Positions 35,720 through 46,321 of a DNA stretch of 64,000 bases are shown here, in pieces. Both the position numbers and the translations under genes were made by a program. How positions within the stretch are numbered: position 1 is the stretch's first letter; every line of letters begins with the position of its first letter. This DNA is from an uncultured Verrucomicrobiae bacterium (lineage in GTDB: Bacteria; Verrucomicrobiota; Verrucomicrobiia; Limisphaerales; JAFGQR01), in the NCBI GenBank assembly GCA_963788655.1, contig CAWBHS010000003.1, forward strand, positions 15,950 to 79,949, in the 5' to 3' direction. Under the pieces are notes generated by a model. It did no database searches and was not told the origin of the DNA. It saw nothing but the letters and a program-made list of their open reading frames with translations.

Positions 35720-37111
35720 ATGAATCTGACCAACGCCCTCCTCATCGGCTTAAAACACATCTGGGCGCACAAAATCCGGTCGCTGTTGACCATGCTGGGC
35801 ATCGTGCTCGGTGTGTCGAGCCTGGTGGCGATGGCGGCCATCGTCAAAGGCATGGAAAACGGGATGAAAGAAGCCCTCATTGCCATGGGCGGACTGGACA
35901 AGGTATTGACCCGCGAGGAAGACGTGCCGCCCGAACAGGAACACCTCAAGGACCAGGCGCCCGGCCGGACGATCCGGGATGTGTATGCCCTCAAAGCCAG
36001 TGCGCCGCTGTTGCGGGTGGTGTCGCCCGAGATGGCGCTCTACGGTGCCGTCATCAGCCGCGGGGGCAAAGACATTCGCCCCTCCGAATGCGTCGGCGTC
36101 TGGCCCGCCGTGCTCGACATGAACTTGTTCGAAGTCGAACATGGCCGGTTCTTCACCGACCTGGACGAGGAAAACGCCAACAGCGTGTGCGTCATCGGCA
36201 CCGGCATTCGGGATGAGCTGTTTGGATCGCCGGACGAAATCGGCCGGGAAATTATTCCCCTGGGCGAGATCATTCAAATCAACCATCAGCCGTTTACGAT
36301 TGTTGGGTTGTTCAAAGAATATGAAAGCGAACAGACCCGCCGCGCGCGCGAGTACGCCAAGACCCATCCGCCGACCAAGGAAGAGCAAACCGGTCCGGCG
36401 CACCGCCGCGGATGGCGAAGCAAACATTGGGATGCCTTTTGGCGGAAGAACAACACGGTTTACATCCCGCTCAACACCATGTGGGTCAAGTTTCGCGCCG
36501 CATCGAATAATGGCCTGCCCGATCCCAAGCTCACGGACATCGACCTGAAAGTCACCAGCCTCGATCAGTTGGAACCGGCGTTGCAGCAGGCCCGCAACGT
36601 GATGATGATCACTCACCGCGGCATCGAGGACTTCACGTTTCGCACCCAGGAAGACCGCATCGACGACATCAACCGACGCATCCGCAACGCCCGGTTGAGC
36701 GGCGGGATCATTGCGGGATTGGCGCTGCTGGTGGGGGGCATCGGCATCATGAACATCATGCTGGCCAGCATCAACGAACGCATCCGCGAGATCGGCATCT
36801 GCAAGGCGATCGGCGCCACCGGCATGGCCATCTTCGGACAAATCATGATCGAAAGCTTGGTGCTCGCCGGCTTGGGCGCCGTAGCCGGGCTGGCTGCCTC
36901 CTTCGGCCTGGTGGAGATTTTGACGGTGCTGACCGCCCAACCCAATGCTACCTCCTACACGCGCGAAGCCGTGCAAAACGCGCCAGTCATCACCCTGGGA
37001 GCCATGCTGCTCGCCGTCGCGTTCAGCGCACTGGTTGGCGTCCTGGCCGGACTGTTCCCCGCCTTCAAAGCCGCCCAACTCGATCCCATCCAGGCGCTGC
37101 GTTACGAGTGA
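35720..37111 (+). CDS. MacB-type ABC permease 2 (paralog of permease 1)
   Basis: RSLLTMLGIVLGV, GGIGIMNIML..ERIREIGI, LDPIQALRYE. Confidence 0.9.
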   Translation: MNLTNALLIGLKHIWAHKIRSLLTMLGIVLGVSSLVAMAAIVKGMENGMKEALIAMGGLDKVLTREEDVPPEQEHLKDQAPGRTIRDVYALKASAPLLRVVSPEMALYGAVISRGGKDIRPSECVGVWPAVLDMNLFEVEHGRFFTDLDEENANSVCVIGTGIRDELFGSPDEIGREIIPLGEIIQINHQPFTIVGLFKEYESEQTRRAREYAKTHPPTKEEQTGPAHRRGWRSKHWDAFWRKNNTVYIPLNTMWVKFRAASNNGLPDPKLTDIDLKVTSLDQLEPALQQARNVMMITHRGIEDFTFRTQEDRIDDINRRIRNARLSGGIIAGLALLVGGIGIMNIMLASINERIREIGICKAIGATGMAIFGQIMIESLVLAGLGAVAGLAASFGLVEILTVLTAQPNATSYTREAVQNAPVITLGAMLLAVAFSALVGVLAGLFPAFKAAQLDPIQALRYE

Positions 37112-37145
37112 ACCGGGCGACGATGTTTGTGCCATCTCCTGGCTT

Positions 37146-37217
37146 GTTGCAGCGGACGTGAGTCCGCTCACTTTTTTCCCCTTCGAGAAAGTCAGAACCG
37201 AGTCACATCGGCGCTAC
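37146..37217. repeat. REP doublet of the GCAGCGGACGTGAGTCCGCT family (same as inside addA)
   Basis: gttgcagcggacgtgagtccgctca...gtcagaaccgagtcacatcggcgctac; another half copy at ~60458-60484. Confidence 0.7.
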
Positions 37218-37367
37218 GGTGTGTTGGGGCTTCCCCGCCCTCCATCAGTCAGCATCAGGCATCTGGTATCCGGCATCCAGTCGATCTTCGATTTCTAGCG
37301 CCCTTCTGGCTACCAGCACGCCTACTTTGTTCCTTGAAGATTGCCTCCGGCCACCTATAAAGAAAGC

Positions 37368-37994
37368 ATGTTGCCAACCTTTCTGTTTCATGGCGGACCG
37401 ATGATCTGGGTGATCCTGGTCGCCAGCGCGGTGGCGCTCGTGGTCTTCATCGAGCGCCTGCTGCACTATCATCGGGCACAAATCAACTCGATGGAATTCC
37501 TTAACGGCGTGCGCAACGTGTTGAAACGGGACAACGTGGTCGAAGCCATTTCAATTTGCGATGCCACCCCCGGTCCAGTCGCTCGCCTGGTCAAGATCGC
37601 CATCCTGAACCGGGAACGCGGCCGGGAAGGTGTGCGCGAGGCTCTGGAAGAAGCGGGATTGGTCGAAGTGCCGCCCCTCGAGGAGAAACTGAATCTGCTG
37701 GCCACCATCGCGCAGATCGCCCCGCTGTTGGGATTGCTGGGCACGGTGCTGGGGTTCATCAAGATTTTTGCCCAACTGCAAAGCCGCTCGACGATGGCGA
37801 CCATGTTGGATCTTTCCGGCGGAGTCTGGCAGGCATTGATATGCACCGCTGCCGGGCTGGCGGTGGCGATCCCTTGTTACGCCGCCTACAATTATCTGGT
37901 CAGCCGGGTGAACTCGATCGTGCTCGACATGGAGAAAGCGGCGACGGAAATCGTCAACATCGTGAATGAACCGCCCGCGCCGCGACCGTCATGA
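37368..37994 (+). CDS. MotA/TolQ/ExbB proton channel family protein
   Basis: GGPMIWVI, LATIAQIAPLLGLLGTVLG, QALICTAAGLAVAIP. Confidence 0.92.
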   Translation: MLPTFLFHGGPMIWVILVASAVALVVFIERLLHYHRAQINSMEFLNGVRNVLKRDNVVEAISICDATPGPVARLVKIAILNRERGREGVREALEEAGLVEVPPLEEKLNLLATIAQIAPLLGLLGTVLGFIKIFAQLQSRSTMATMLDLSGGVWQALICTAAGLAVAIPCYAAYNYLVSRVNSIVLDMEKAATEIVNIVNEPPAPRPS

Positions 37995-38425
37995 GATTTC
38001 CGCGTAACACGAAAATATTCCGCGGCCAATTGGATGCGGCGCCTTATGCCGGCGTGCTGTTTCTGCTGGTGATTTTTTTGATTCTGAATTCCAAATTCAT
38101 CTTTGTGCCCGGGGTGCCCATCCACTTGCCGGAAGCGGCTGCGTTGCCCGGCACCGAACGGCCCACGGTGGCGGTGGTCGTGGACGCCAAAGGCCGCTTT
38201 TATTTCGACAATCAACTGGCTGACGACGCGCAGTTGGAAGCACGTTTGCGCAGTGCCGTGTCCCAGGTCCAAGAGCCCTTGACGCTGGTGGTCCAGGCCG
38301 ATGAGGACGTGGAATACCGGGTCCTGACGCACTTGTGGCTGATCGCGCGCAACGCCGGCATCAAGGATTTGCTCCAGGCTACGCGCCCGCCGCTGGTGCC
38401 GGGAGCGGTGGTGTCACCGCCCTAA
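37991..38425 (+). CDS. ExbD/TolR family biopolymer transporter
   Basis: Single TM (LDAAPYAGVLFLLVIF), PIHLPEA, LVVQADEDV; ATGA overlap with exbB. Confidence 0.85.
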   Translation: MRFPRNTKIFRGQLDAAPYAGVLFLLVIFLILNSKFIFVPGVPIHLPEAAALPGTERPTVAVVVDAKGRFYFDNQLADDAQLEARLRSAVSQVQEPLTLVVQADEDVEYRVLTHLWLIARNAGIKDLLQATRPPLVPGAVVSPP

Positions 38426-38429
38426 AGTC

Positions 38430-39272
38430 ATGCTGGCGGCCAAGTCCAACAACCTCGGTAAGCCCGATCTGGCCGGCTCGGTGCGGGAACCGGTCCGGTG
38501 GTCGCGACGGCGTTGGGTGTTCACGTTCCTGGCCATCTTGCTGCTGCAAACCGGCTTGATCTTCCTGCTGGTGGAACGGCCGCGACCGGTCAAGGTTCCG
38601 GACGGATTCCATACCGGCATTTACCCCGCCAACACTCCGCTGGCAGTGCAACAAGTCGCCGGGATGCGGTTGTGGCAGGATCCAACGCTGTTTGTGTTGC
38701 CCCAGCCGCACACTTTTTCCGAACGGGCCTGGTTGGCCTACACTCCCGTGCAACACCAGTTCAGTGATTGGACCGAACCGCCACGCTGGCTGGAGTTCAA
38801 TGAACAGCATCTCGGCGAAAGCTTTGCCTGGTATGCCCGAACGGTGACCAATCCGCCGCGGCTGATCGCGGACCTGCCGTTGCCTCCACTCACCGCCGCC
38901 GATTTGCCCGTGCCCAATCAACCGATCGCCGGCCGCTCGCAAGTGAATGTGGATGGGGCCCTGGCGGCCCGTCCGCTGCGAACGCCCATACCCTTGTGCG
39001 CTTGGACGCAATCAGAAATCCTGTCCAATACCGTGATCCAACTGGTGGTGGATGCCGAGGGCTACCCCCGGGAAACCACCCTGCTGGCGGAGAGTGGACT
39101 TCGCGCCGCCGACGTTTATGCCCTCCAACAAGCGGCGAACGCCCGCTTCGAACCATTGCGCCGGCCGGAAGGGATGCCGAGCCCGGATGGGCGCTTGACC
39201 TGGGGCACTTTGGTGTTTCAGTGGCAAACGATCCCGCCCGCGGCCACCAACGCCTCCGCTGTCCTGCCTTGA
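38430..39272 (+). CDS. Membrane-anchored Pro-rich protein with TonB-C-like C-terminal domain
   Basis: One TM, Pro-rich linker, TVIQLVVDAEG..LLAESG..ADVYALQQAANARF pattern; follows exbBD. Confidence 0.6.
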   Translation: MLAAKSNNLGKPDLAGSVREPVRWSRRRWVFTFLAILLLQTGLIFLLVERPRPVKVPDGFHTGIYPANTPLAVQQVAGMRLWQDPTLFVLPQPHTFSERAWLAYTPVQHQFSDWTEPPRWLEFNEQHLGESFAWYARTVTNPPRLIADLPLPPLTAADLPVPNQPIAGRSQVNVDGALAARPLRTPIPLCAWTQSEILSNTVIQLVVDAEGYPRETTLLAESGLRAADVYALQQAANARFEPLRRPEGMPSPDGRLTWGTLVFQWQTIPPAATNASAVLP

Positions 39273-39273
39273 C

Positions 39274-39498
39274 ATGACCATTGACGAACTGCTGACCGCA
39301 TACGTGATCATCTTGCTGGCCCTGCTTTCGGCCATTGCCTGGTATTACGCCCAACGCCAGAAACGCTTCGGCCCCATCCCCAGCGAAGACCGGATTTTCC
39401 GGTGCGAGAAATGCGGATTCGTCTATACCGACGACGCGGACGTCGATCGCTCTCGCTGCTCCCAGTGCGGCACGCTCAACGAAGCGATCGAGTTCTGA
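39274..39498 (+). CDS. Small membrane protein with CxxC-x14-CxxC zinc-ribbon/rubredoxin-like domain
   Basis: N-terminal TM, then CEKC...CSQC; starts 1 bp after the upstream stop. Confidence 0.7.
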   Translation: MTIDELLTAYVIILLALLSAIAWYYAQRQKRFGPIPSEDRIFRCEKCGFVYTDDADVDRSRCSQCGTLNEAIEF

Positions 39499-39530
39499 AA
39501 TCATTGAGATTCAACCCGCCTTCCGATCGC

Positions 39531-41108
39531 TCAACTTCCCGTTCCGGTCTTGACTTCCACGACGTCGTGCGGCGTGGCTTCGCGCATCCCGGCGTGGCTG
39601 ACACGGATGTACCGCGCTTTCTCGCGGAGTTGGGCCAGATTGGCGGCGCCCAAATAGCCCATGCCGGATTGAATGCCGCCGATGAGTTGCGCCAGCACGC
39701 GATCCACCGAGCCACAGACTTCCTTCAACGCTTCTACACCTTCGGGAGCGACTTTTTGGTTTGGGGGGGCTTCGGGCGTATGTCCGTACCGGGCCGCCGA
39801 TCCCGATTTCATGGCCGCCAGACTGCCCATGCCCCGGTATTGTTTGTAGAGTTTGCCGCCAATTTCAATGACTTCGCCCGGCGCTTCCAGGCAGCCGGCA
39901 AGAATCCCGCCGCACATCACGCCCTGCGCCAGCGTCAGGGCTTTGACAATATCGCCGGACTTGGTGATTCCGCCGTCGGCAATGATGGTCACGCCCTTCT
40001 TGCGCGCCACTCGCGAACCGATAAACAGCGCCGTCAACTGAGGAATGCCCACGCCGGCCACCACGCGTGTTGTGCAGATCGATCCCGGCCCTTGGCCGAC
40101 CTTGATCACGTTGGCGCCGCAATCCGCCAGGAACTCGACGCCTGCCGCACTGGTGACGTTGCCGGCTATGATTGGCAGTTTCGGGAAGGCCTCGCGAATC
40201 ATTCGGACCGCGTCGCCGACGCCCTGGCTGAAACCATGCGCGGTCGAAACCGCCACCACGTCTGCCCCCCGTTCCACGAGATTTCCCACGTGCTCCAGGA
40301 TCCGGTCGCGGTCCAGTTCACCGAAAGCATTGCGCGTTGCCGAAATGGCCGCGCCGCACAGCAACCGGAATTGCGCGTCGCGCGCCGGCTTGAATTGCGC
40401 GTTGCGCTCCTGGGTGATCCGTTCCACGTCGCTCATGGTGAACAGCCCGTGCAACTTGTCGTTGTCATCCACGACCAGCAATTTGTGAATGCCCGGATGA
40501 TCGGTGAAGAATTTGTCGGCGCGGGCAATGGGATTTCGGCCGAGTTCCTTGCGATTGATCACCTGGACCTGATCGCGCGGGGTCAAGGCTTCGGCCACGT
40601 TGCGTTTGGCGTACCGTTGTTTGACCACATGTCCCGAGAGCAGCCCGACCAGCTTGCCGCCGGCATCCACGACGGGGAAGGTGCTGAAGCTGAAGCGCCG
40701 TTTTTGAATCATCTCGAGCACGCTGCCAATCAACTGTTCGGGCGCCACCTTGATCGGATCCTGAATCAGCCCATGCACGTGGTTCTTTACCCGGCTGACC
40801 ATCGAGAGTTGGTCCTTTTCGCCCATGTTGTAGTGAAGCAGGCCGAGTCCGCCGTTGAGCGCCATGGCGATGGCCATGCGGGCTTCGGTGACGGTGTCCA
40901 TGTCCGCCGAGACGATCGGAATGCTCAATTGCAATCCGTCTGCCAGGGTGGTGTCGAGTTGGGTGTCGCGGGGCAAAATCTCGGAATATTGCGTCGCCAA
41001 CGTGACGTCGTCGTAGGTCAAAGCCAAGTTGGGATGGGCCGGAAAAAAGTCATCCGCCGATTGGTAGAATCGGGCGTCCAAGGAGTTTTGCGCTTTGATT
41101 GCAGCCAT
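39531..41108 (-). CDS. guaB: Inosine-5'-monophosphate dehydrogenase with CBS pair
   Basis: [51 protein letters not shown]. Confidence 0.95.
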   Translation of the reverse strand: MAAIKAQNSLDARFYQSADDFFPAHPNLALTYDDVTLATQYSEILPRDTQLDTTLADGLQLSIPIVSADMDTVTEARMAIAMALNGGLGLLHYNMGEKDQLSMVSRVKNHVHGLIQDPIKVAPEQLIGSVLEMIQKRRFSFSTFPVVDAGGKLVGLLSGHVVKQRYAKRNVAEALTPRDQVQVINRKELGRNPIARADKFFTDHPGIHKLLVVDDNDKLHGLFTMSDVERITQERNAQFKPARDAQFRLLCGAAISATRNAFGELDRDRILEHVGNLVERGADVVAVSTAHGFSQGVGDAVRMIREAFPKLPIIAGNVTSAAGVEFLADCGANVIKVGQGPGSICTTRVVAGVGIPQLTALFIGSRVARKKGVTIIADGGITKSGDIVKALTLAQGVMCGGILAGCLEAPGEVIEIGGKLYKQYRGMGSLAAMKSGSAARYGHTPEAPPNQKVAPEGVEALKEVCGSVDRVLAQLIGGIQSGMGYLGAANLAQLREKARYIRVSHAGMREATPHDVVEVKTGTGS

Positions 41109-41228
41109 GACGAATGATGAAGGGGCGGGCCGGTGCGTGCAAGGGGGAATTCCATCGGGCGAAGCCAACTCAATTGCTCGGTTGCCCTTCGGCGTTGCCG
41201 ACGCTAACACTGTGCGGTGAACACGTTG

Positions 41229-42380
41229 ATGAACACGATGCCAATCAACAACCTTCCTCGAACCGGACTGGCAGCAATAATTTGGCTGCTGTTTGCGCTC
41301 GCGTCAGCCAACACCGGCGAAGCGGCAGCCCCAATGGATTCCTGGTCCCAACTCGCGACTTTCTTTACGCCTCCACCTCGCTATGCCCACGATTTGGGGA
41401 ACTTCAAATCGCCCTTGCGGTTCGACGACGGGCGCCCTGTGAAAACCCCGGCGGATTGGGCACAGCGCCGACGGGAGATCCGGGAAACGTGGAATCACCT
41501 GATGGGCCCCTGGCCGGAGCTGATTGCAAAACCGCGGATCGAGGAACTTGGTTCCAAGCGCCGCGACAATTTCACACAACATCGCGTGCGGGTTGAAATT
41601 GCTCCGGCGCAGACCACCGACGGTTATCTGCTGGTTCCGAAAGGATCGGGACCATTCCCGGCGGTGCTGGTTCCATACTATGATCCGGAAACCAGCATTG
41701 GTTTGGGAAAAACGCCGCTGCGCGATTTTGCGTATCAGTTGGCCAAACGCGGCTTTGTGACGCTGGCCATAGGTTCTCCCGGTGGTGATGCGTGGCATCC
41801 GGATACGGGCACGGCGCAGTGCCAACCGCTCTCGTTCCTGGCTTACGTAGCCGCCAATTGTTGCAACGCCCTGGCGACCCGGCGGGATGTCAATCCCCAA
41901 CGCATCGGGGTGGTGGGCCATTCCTATGGCGGCAAGTGGGCCATGTTCGCGGCGTGTTTGTATGACCGGTTTGCGTGCGGCGTTTGGTCGGACCCGGGCA
42001 TTGTATTCGACGAGAGCCGGTCGAACGTGAACTATTGGGATGTTTGGTATTTAGGTAAGGATGCGGCGGACTCGCGGCAGCCGGGAGCACCGACAAAGGA
42101 CAATCCCCGCACCGGCGCCTACAACCAACTGGTTGAGGGTGGCCACGATTTGCATGAACTCCAGGCGCTAATGGCACCTCGGCCTTTCTTGGTTTCTGGC
42201 GGAGCCGAAGACCCGCCGTCGCGCTGGCCGGCGCTGAACCATTGTGTGGCCGTTAATGCCCTGTTGGGTTTCACCAACCGGGTAGGCCTGACCTCCCGGC
42301 CCGCCCATTCCCCCACACCCGAGTCCAACGAGCAGATTTACCAGTTTTTCGAACATTTCTTGAAGGAGCCGGCAAAGTGA
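41229..42380 (+). CDS. Secreted alpha/beta-fold hydrolase (dienelactone hydrolase/esterase-like)
   Basis: Signal peptide; [19 protein letters not shown] nucleophile elbow, [11 protein letters not shown]-terminal His. Confidence 0.8.
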   Translation: MNTMPINNLPRTGLAAIIWLLFALASANTGEAAAPMDSWSQLATFFTPPPRYAHDLGNFKSPLRFDDGRPVKTPADWAQRRREIRETWNHLMGPWPELIAKPRIEELGSKRRDNFTQHRVRVEIAPAQTTDGYLLVPKGSGPFPAVLVPYYDPETSIGLGKTPLRDFAYQLAKRGFVTLAIGSPGGDAWHPDTGTAQCQPLSFLAYVAANCCNALATRRDVNPQRIGVVGHSYGGKWAMFAACLYDRFACGVWSDPGIVFDESRSNVNYWDVWYLGKDAADSRQPGAPTKDNPRTGAYNQLVEGGHDLHELQALMAPRPFLVSGGAEDPPSRWPALNHCVAVNALLGFTNRVGLTSRPAHSPTPESNEQIYQFFEHFLKEPAK

Positions 42381-42650
42381 TCCGGGCAACGTGCTGCCAG
42401 CGTCTCGCCGGCAGAAACGAATGCAGACGGGCGACCGAATGATGCCGCCGGCCAGAGAAAATGACCAACGCTCAAGGCCCAAGCTGCTTTCGCGTGTGTC
42501 ATCTGTCCCATTGGACATTGGGCTTTGGTCATTCTCCGGTCATTGGGTCATAGATGCTTGGTCATTACTCCCTGTCGGCAGGAACGAATGCAATAAGCGC
42601 GCTCGAATGATCGCCAACGTTCGTAGCGCCCGCTTCCGTTCGATCTGCCG

Positions 42651-43007
42651 GCAACGTGCTGTTGGCGTCCCGCTGGCAGAAACGAACGTCAACCGCGGGT
42701 CCGAAGGTCCGGTTCAATTCAGAGCGCATTCTTGTATCCGTCTGCCGGCAAGATGCCGGCAGCACGCTGGCAACGTGCTGTTGGCATCTCGCCGGCAGAA
42801 ACGAACGTGAACCGCGGGTCCGAAGGTCCGGTTCAATTCGGAGCGCATTCTTGTATCCGTCTGCCGGCAAGATGCCGGCAGCACGCTGGCAACGTGCTGT
42901 TGGCGTCCCGCCGGCAGAAACGAACGTGAACCGCGGGTCCGAAGGTCCGGTTCAATTCGGAGCGCATTCCTGTATCCGTCTGCCGGCAAGATGCCGGCAG
43001 CACGCTG
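42651..43007. repeat. Three tandem 119-bp units, each a REP doublet (CGTGCTG..GGCAGA / TCTGCCGGCAAGATGCCGGCAGCACG)
   Basis: gcaacgtgctg at 42651, 42770 and 42889; units nearly identical. Confidence 0.93.
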
Positions 43008-43012
43008 CGCCG

Positions 43013-44470
43013 TTACAGGAAGGGGGTAAACAGGCGTGCGATACCGTCCCGAAGCCGGATGGCGAATGGGCGCGCGTCCACTTCTTTCAAGGTCACGAGG
43101 CGAGCATGTTGCCGTTTATGTTTCACGATTTGCGCCAGGGTGTGCGCCAAATCTTCATCGTAGCATTCGACATTGAACTCGAAGTTCAATCGCAGGCTCC
43201 GCGGATCCTGGTTGGCGGACCCAATGAATGACCAACAGTCATCAACCAGGATGACCTTGGAATGATCGAACGGCGGCGGCGTGAGCCAAATGCGGCAACC
43301 CCATTCCAGTAACTGCCACCAGTGCGCCGCCGAGGCCCAGTGCATGAATGGCAGATTATTCTGGCTGGGCAGATAAATATCGACCCGCACCCCGCGCAGC
43401 GCAGCGGCATTGAGAGCCGAGATCATCGCCTGATTCGGCAGAAAGTATGGCGTGAGGATTTGGACTTGGAAATGGGCGCAACTCAACGCGCTGAGAATCG
43501 TCCAGGGTAGCTTTTCAAAATCTTCGTCGGGCCCGTCCGTAATGCCTCGCGCAATGACCGAACCAGCCGGTTCCAGCGGCGGAAACCAACGCGCGTCTCG
43601 CAGCGCCTCGCCGGTGCAATAGAGCCAGTCATCGACGAAGGCTTCCTGCAACTGTGCCACGACCGGGCCTTGCAGGCGAAAGTGGAGATCCTGAACCGGC
43701 TTCCTGGGTTGGGCTTGCAGGCAATTGCCGTGACGAATGTTGATGCCACCGGTAAAACCGATCCGCCCGTCCACCACGAGTATTTTGCGATGGCTGCGCA
43801 TGTTCAAGGCGGCCAGTCGCAGCAGAATGAAGCGCGGCATGAACCGGACGACCCGCACGCCCCGCCGACGGAGAACGCGAAGAATCGACGGCCAGGAATA
43901 GCGCGCGCCCGCGTCGTCGATCAAAACCCGCACCTCCACCCCGCGACGGACCGCCCGTTCGAGCGCATCCGCGAATTTCCGTCCCGCCGGATCATTGTCG
44001 AAAATATAGGTCGCCAAGGAAATGGAATGCGTGGCCCCGTCAATGGCTGCCAGCATGGCCGGATAGGTTTCATCACCGTTGAGGAGGGGTTCCACCCGGT
44101 TGCCGGGGAGCAAACGACGTTTGGCCACACGGCCAACGGCGCGGGCCAATCGTTCGAGATGAATCGCGTGGTTGGGAAGATGTTCCCGCAGGTCGTCGGC
44201 GTGGAACGGAGCCACCCAGGGACGGCTGTCGTACCGCTGGAGATCGCTGCGCAAGGATCGAGCGCGCCGTTTGATACGATTGACGCCCAGCAACAGATAG
44301 AGCGCCGGCCCGAACAGCGGCGAGAGCCAGATGCAACCGACCCAAAGCACCGTGGCGCGGCTGTCCCGCTTGTGCATCACCGCGTGCAGCGAGGCGGCCA
44401 CGGACAGCAGTATGCTGCCGGTGGCTACCAGCAGATGCCATTCGCTCTCGACTCGATCAAACCAGTCCAT
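43013..44470 (-). CDS. cls: Cardiolipin synthase (PLD family, two HKD motifs)
   Basis: Two N-terminal TMs; HRKILVVDG..GGIN and HSKVILVDD..GSAN..RSLRLNFE. Confidence 0.9.
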   Translation of the reverse strand: MDWFDRVESEWHLLVATGSILLSVAASLHAVMHKRDSRATVLWVGCIWLSPLFGPALYLLLGVNRIKRRARSLRSDLQRYDSRPWVAPFHADDLREHLPNHAIHLERLARAVGRVAKRRLLPGNRVEPLLNGDETYPAMLAAIDGATHSISLATYIFDNDPAGRKFADALERAVRRGVEVRVLIDDAGARYSWPSILRVLRRRGVRVVRFMPRFILLRLAALNMRSHRKILVVDGRIGFTGGINIRHGNCLQAQPRKPVQDLHFRLQGPVVAQLQEAFVDDWLYCTGEALRDARWFPPLEPAGSVIARGITDGPDEDFEKLPWTILSALSCAHFQVQILTPYFLPNQAMISALNAAALRGVRVDIYLPSQNNLPFMHWASAAHWWQLLEWGCRIWLTPPPFDHSKVILVDDCWSFIGSANQDPRSLRLNFEFNVECYDEDLAHTLAQIVKHKRQHARLVTLKEVDARPFAIRLRDGIARLFTPFL

Positions 44471-44578
44471 GACGCCATTATGGTTCGCAGTTGAATAACG
44501 GATTGTTCGGGTTCCGGGAAGTCCGAAGTCTGTCATGCTGGTTCGAAGTTACTTGCCTGCATCCCCGCAGGTTTTAGA

Positions 44579-45706
44579 ATGCCCGTCATGAACCGTTGCC
44601 TGTTTGCCCTATGTGTCGGCTTGATGAGTTCCGCCCAACTTCTGTCGGCCGCTGCAAATCCACCCACCCTTCCGCTGGCTGCACCGGCGCCGGATTTCAA
44701 TCTGCCGGGAGTTGACGGCCGTAACTACGCCCTGAAGGACTTTGCCGACGCCAAAGTGCTGGTGATCGTTTTCACCTGCAACCATTGCCCCACGGCGCAG
44801 TATTACCAGGAGCGCCTCAAGCAACTGGTGACGGACTACCGCGACAAAGGTGTTTCGCTCGTCGCCATTTCCCCCAACGACCCCAAGTCCGTCCGGCTTG
44901 ATGAACTCGGCTGGACCGACCTGAGCGATTCCTTTGCCGAAATGAAGTTACGGGCCAAGGAACGGCAGTTCAATTTTCCCTATTTGTATGACGGTGACAC
45001 GGAGGCAGTGGCCCGGCAATACGGACCGGTGGCCACCCCGCACGCATTCGTCTTCGATGGGCAGCGCCGCTTGCGTTACGTGGGAGCCATAGACGACTCG
45101 GAACGGCCACAACACGTCAAGGTGCGTTACGTGCGGGACGCCATTGATGCCGTGCTCGCCGGCAAGAAACCGCCCGTAACCCAAACCAAAGTCATCGGGT
45201 GCTCGGTCAAATGGGCCGGGAAAGCCGAGAATGTCCGACAATTCATGGCCAAGTTGGCCGCCGAACCGGTTACGGTTCAGCCTGCTGACGCTCAGGTGCT
45301 CCGGGCGATGCGCCAAGGCAATCCCGACAAATTTCGGCTGGTGACCTTTTGGGCCACCTGGTGCGCGCCGTGCGTGGCGGAGTTCGACGAATTCGTCACC
45401 ATCAATCGCATGTACCGGCACCGTGATTTTGAACTGGTCACCGTGGCGCTAAACCGTCCGGATGAGGAGCAACAAGTTCTTGGGTTTCTCAAGAAACAAC
45501 AGGCCTCGAACCAAAATTACATTTTCGCCTCGGCTGAGCGTACTCCCTTGATCAATGCGTTCGAACCAAACTGGCAGGGCGAAGTGCCGTACACCGTATT
45601 GCTCTCCCCCGACGGCAAGGTCATTTATCGCGAAGCCGGCAGCATCGATTCGCTCGCGCTCCGGCGGGCCATCGTCCATGCCTTGAATGCCCGGAAGCCT
45701 TGGTGA
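44579..45706 (+). CDS. Secreted redoxin with two thioredoxin-like domains
   Basis: Signal peptide; FTCNHCP (AhpC/TSA-like) and FWATWCAPC (TlpA-like). Confidence 0.85.
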   Translation: MPVMNRCLFALCVGLMSSAQLLSAAANPPTLPLAAPAPDFNLPGVDGRNYALKDFADAKVLVIVFTCNHCPTAQYYQERLKQLVTDYRDKGVSLVAISPNDPKSVRLDELGWTDLSDSFAEMKLRAKERQFNFPYLYDGDTEAVARQYGPVATPHAFVFDGQRRLRYVGAIDDSERPQHVKVRYVRDAIDAVLAGKKPPVTQTKVIGCSVKWAGKAENVRQFMAKLAAEPVTVQPADAQVLRAMRQGNPDKFRLVTFWATWCAPCVAEFDEFVTINRMYRHRDFELVTVALNRPDEEQQVLGFLKKQQASNQNYIFASAERTPLINAFEPNWQGEVPYTVLLSPDGKVIYREAGSIDSLALRRAIVHALNARKPW

Positions 45707-45783
45707 GGCTAAAGCAGTTCATTAGACATTCTTTATAACCTCTTCCGCCACGCTGGTTTTAAGCCGACCGGAAGTGAGTGAGT

Positions 45784-45844
45784 TTGACGCGAAAAGCGTC
45801 AACCCCACACACAATCAAATCAGATTTACGCATAAATTATGCGT
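45784..45844. promoter_or_regulatory. Two perfect palindromes in a long AT-rich intergenic region (candidate operators)
   Basis: ttgacgc-gaaaa-gcgtcaa (45784-45802) and acgcataa-a-ttatgcgt (45828-45844). Confidence 0.35.
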
Positions 45845-46321
45845 GTTATAGGTTTGAACGCTTATACAACACACCAACCCGGAAGCCGTGCAACTGATGG
45901 TTGATCAATAGGTTACGGGTCAAACATCTCAAGATTTGAGGTTCGCCACTGAGACTTCCACTCCCTCGGTATCTCGACTGCTGTTCGGACATCATGACCA
46001 ACCATCGGTAAGGCTCAGTATTATTACGGCGCTTAAATTATTTGTCACTCCAGTTCGGGCTTCGATAAGTTGAGTCAACATTGCCACCTTTGCGCATAAC
46101 ATTTAGATAACGTGTTCTTATCATTATTATACCTGCGACTTTTTCAAAGCACTAAAGTCCGCTGCTTGGAAACCAGCGCCCGGATTTGCGAACGGCCGTT
46201 GGACGACCGACGTTCACTGCTTACCACCCGCGGTTCTAGTCACTCTGGCGGCCTGCCGATAGGCCGTGAGTCGCTCCCCCTCCTCCCAAACACCAAATAA
46301 ATCGTCTGACCAATCTTAGGC

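Noticed and set aside
39402..41117. 571-aa plus-strand ORF
   Set aside because: Antisense shadow of guaB
42651..43007. CRISPR array
   Set aside because: Whole 119-bp units are near-identical, with no unique spacers and no cas genes; this is a tandem REP doublet
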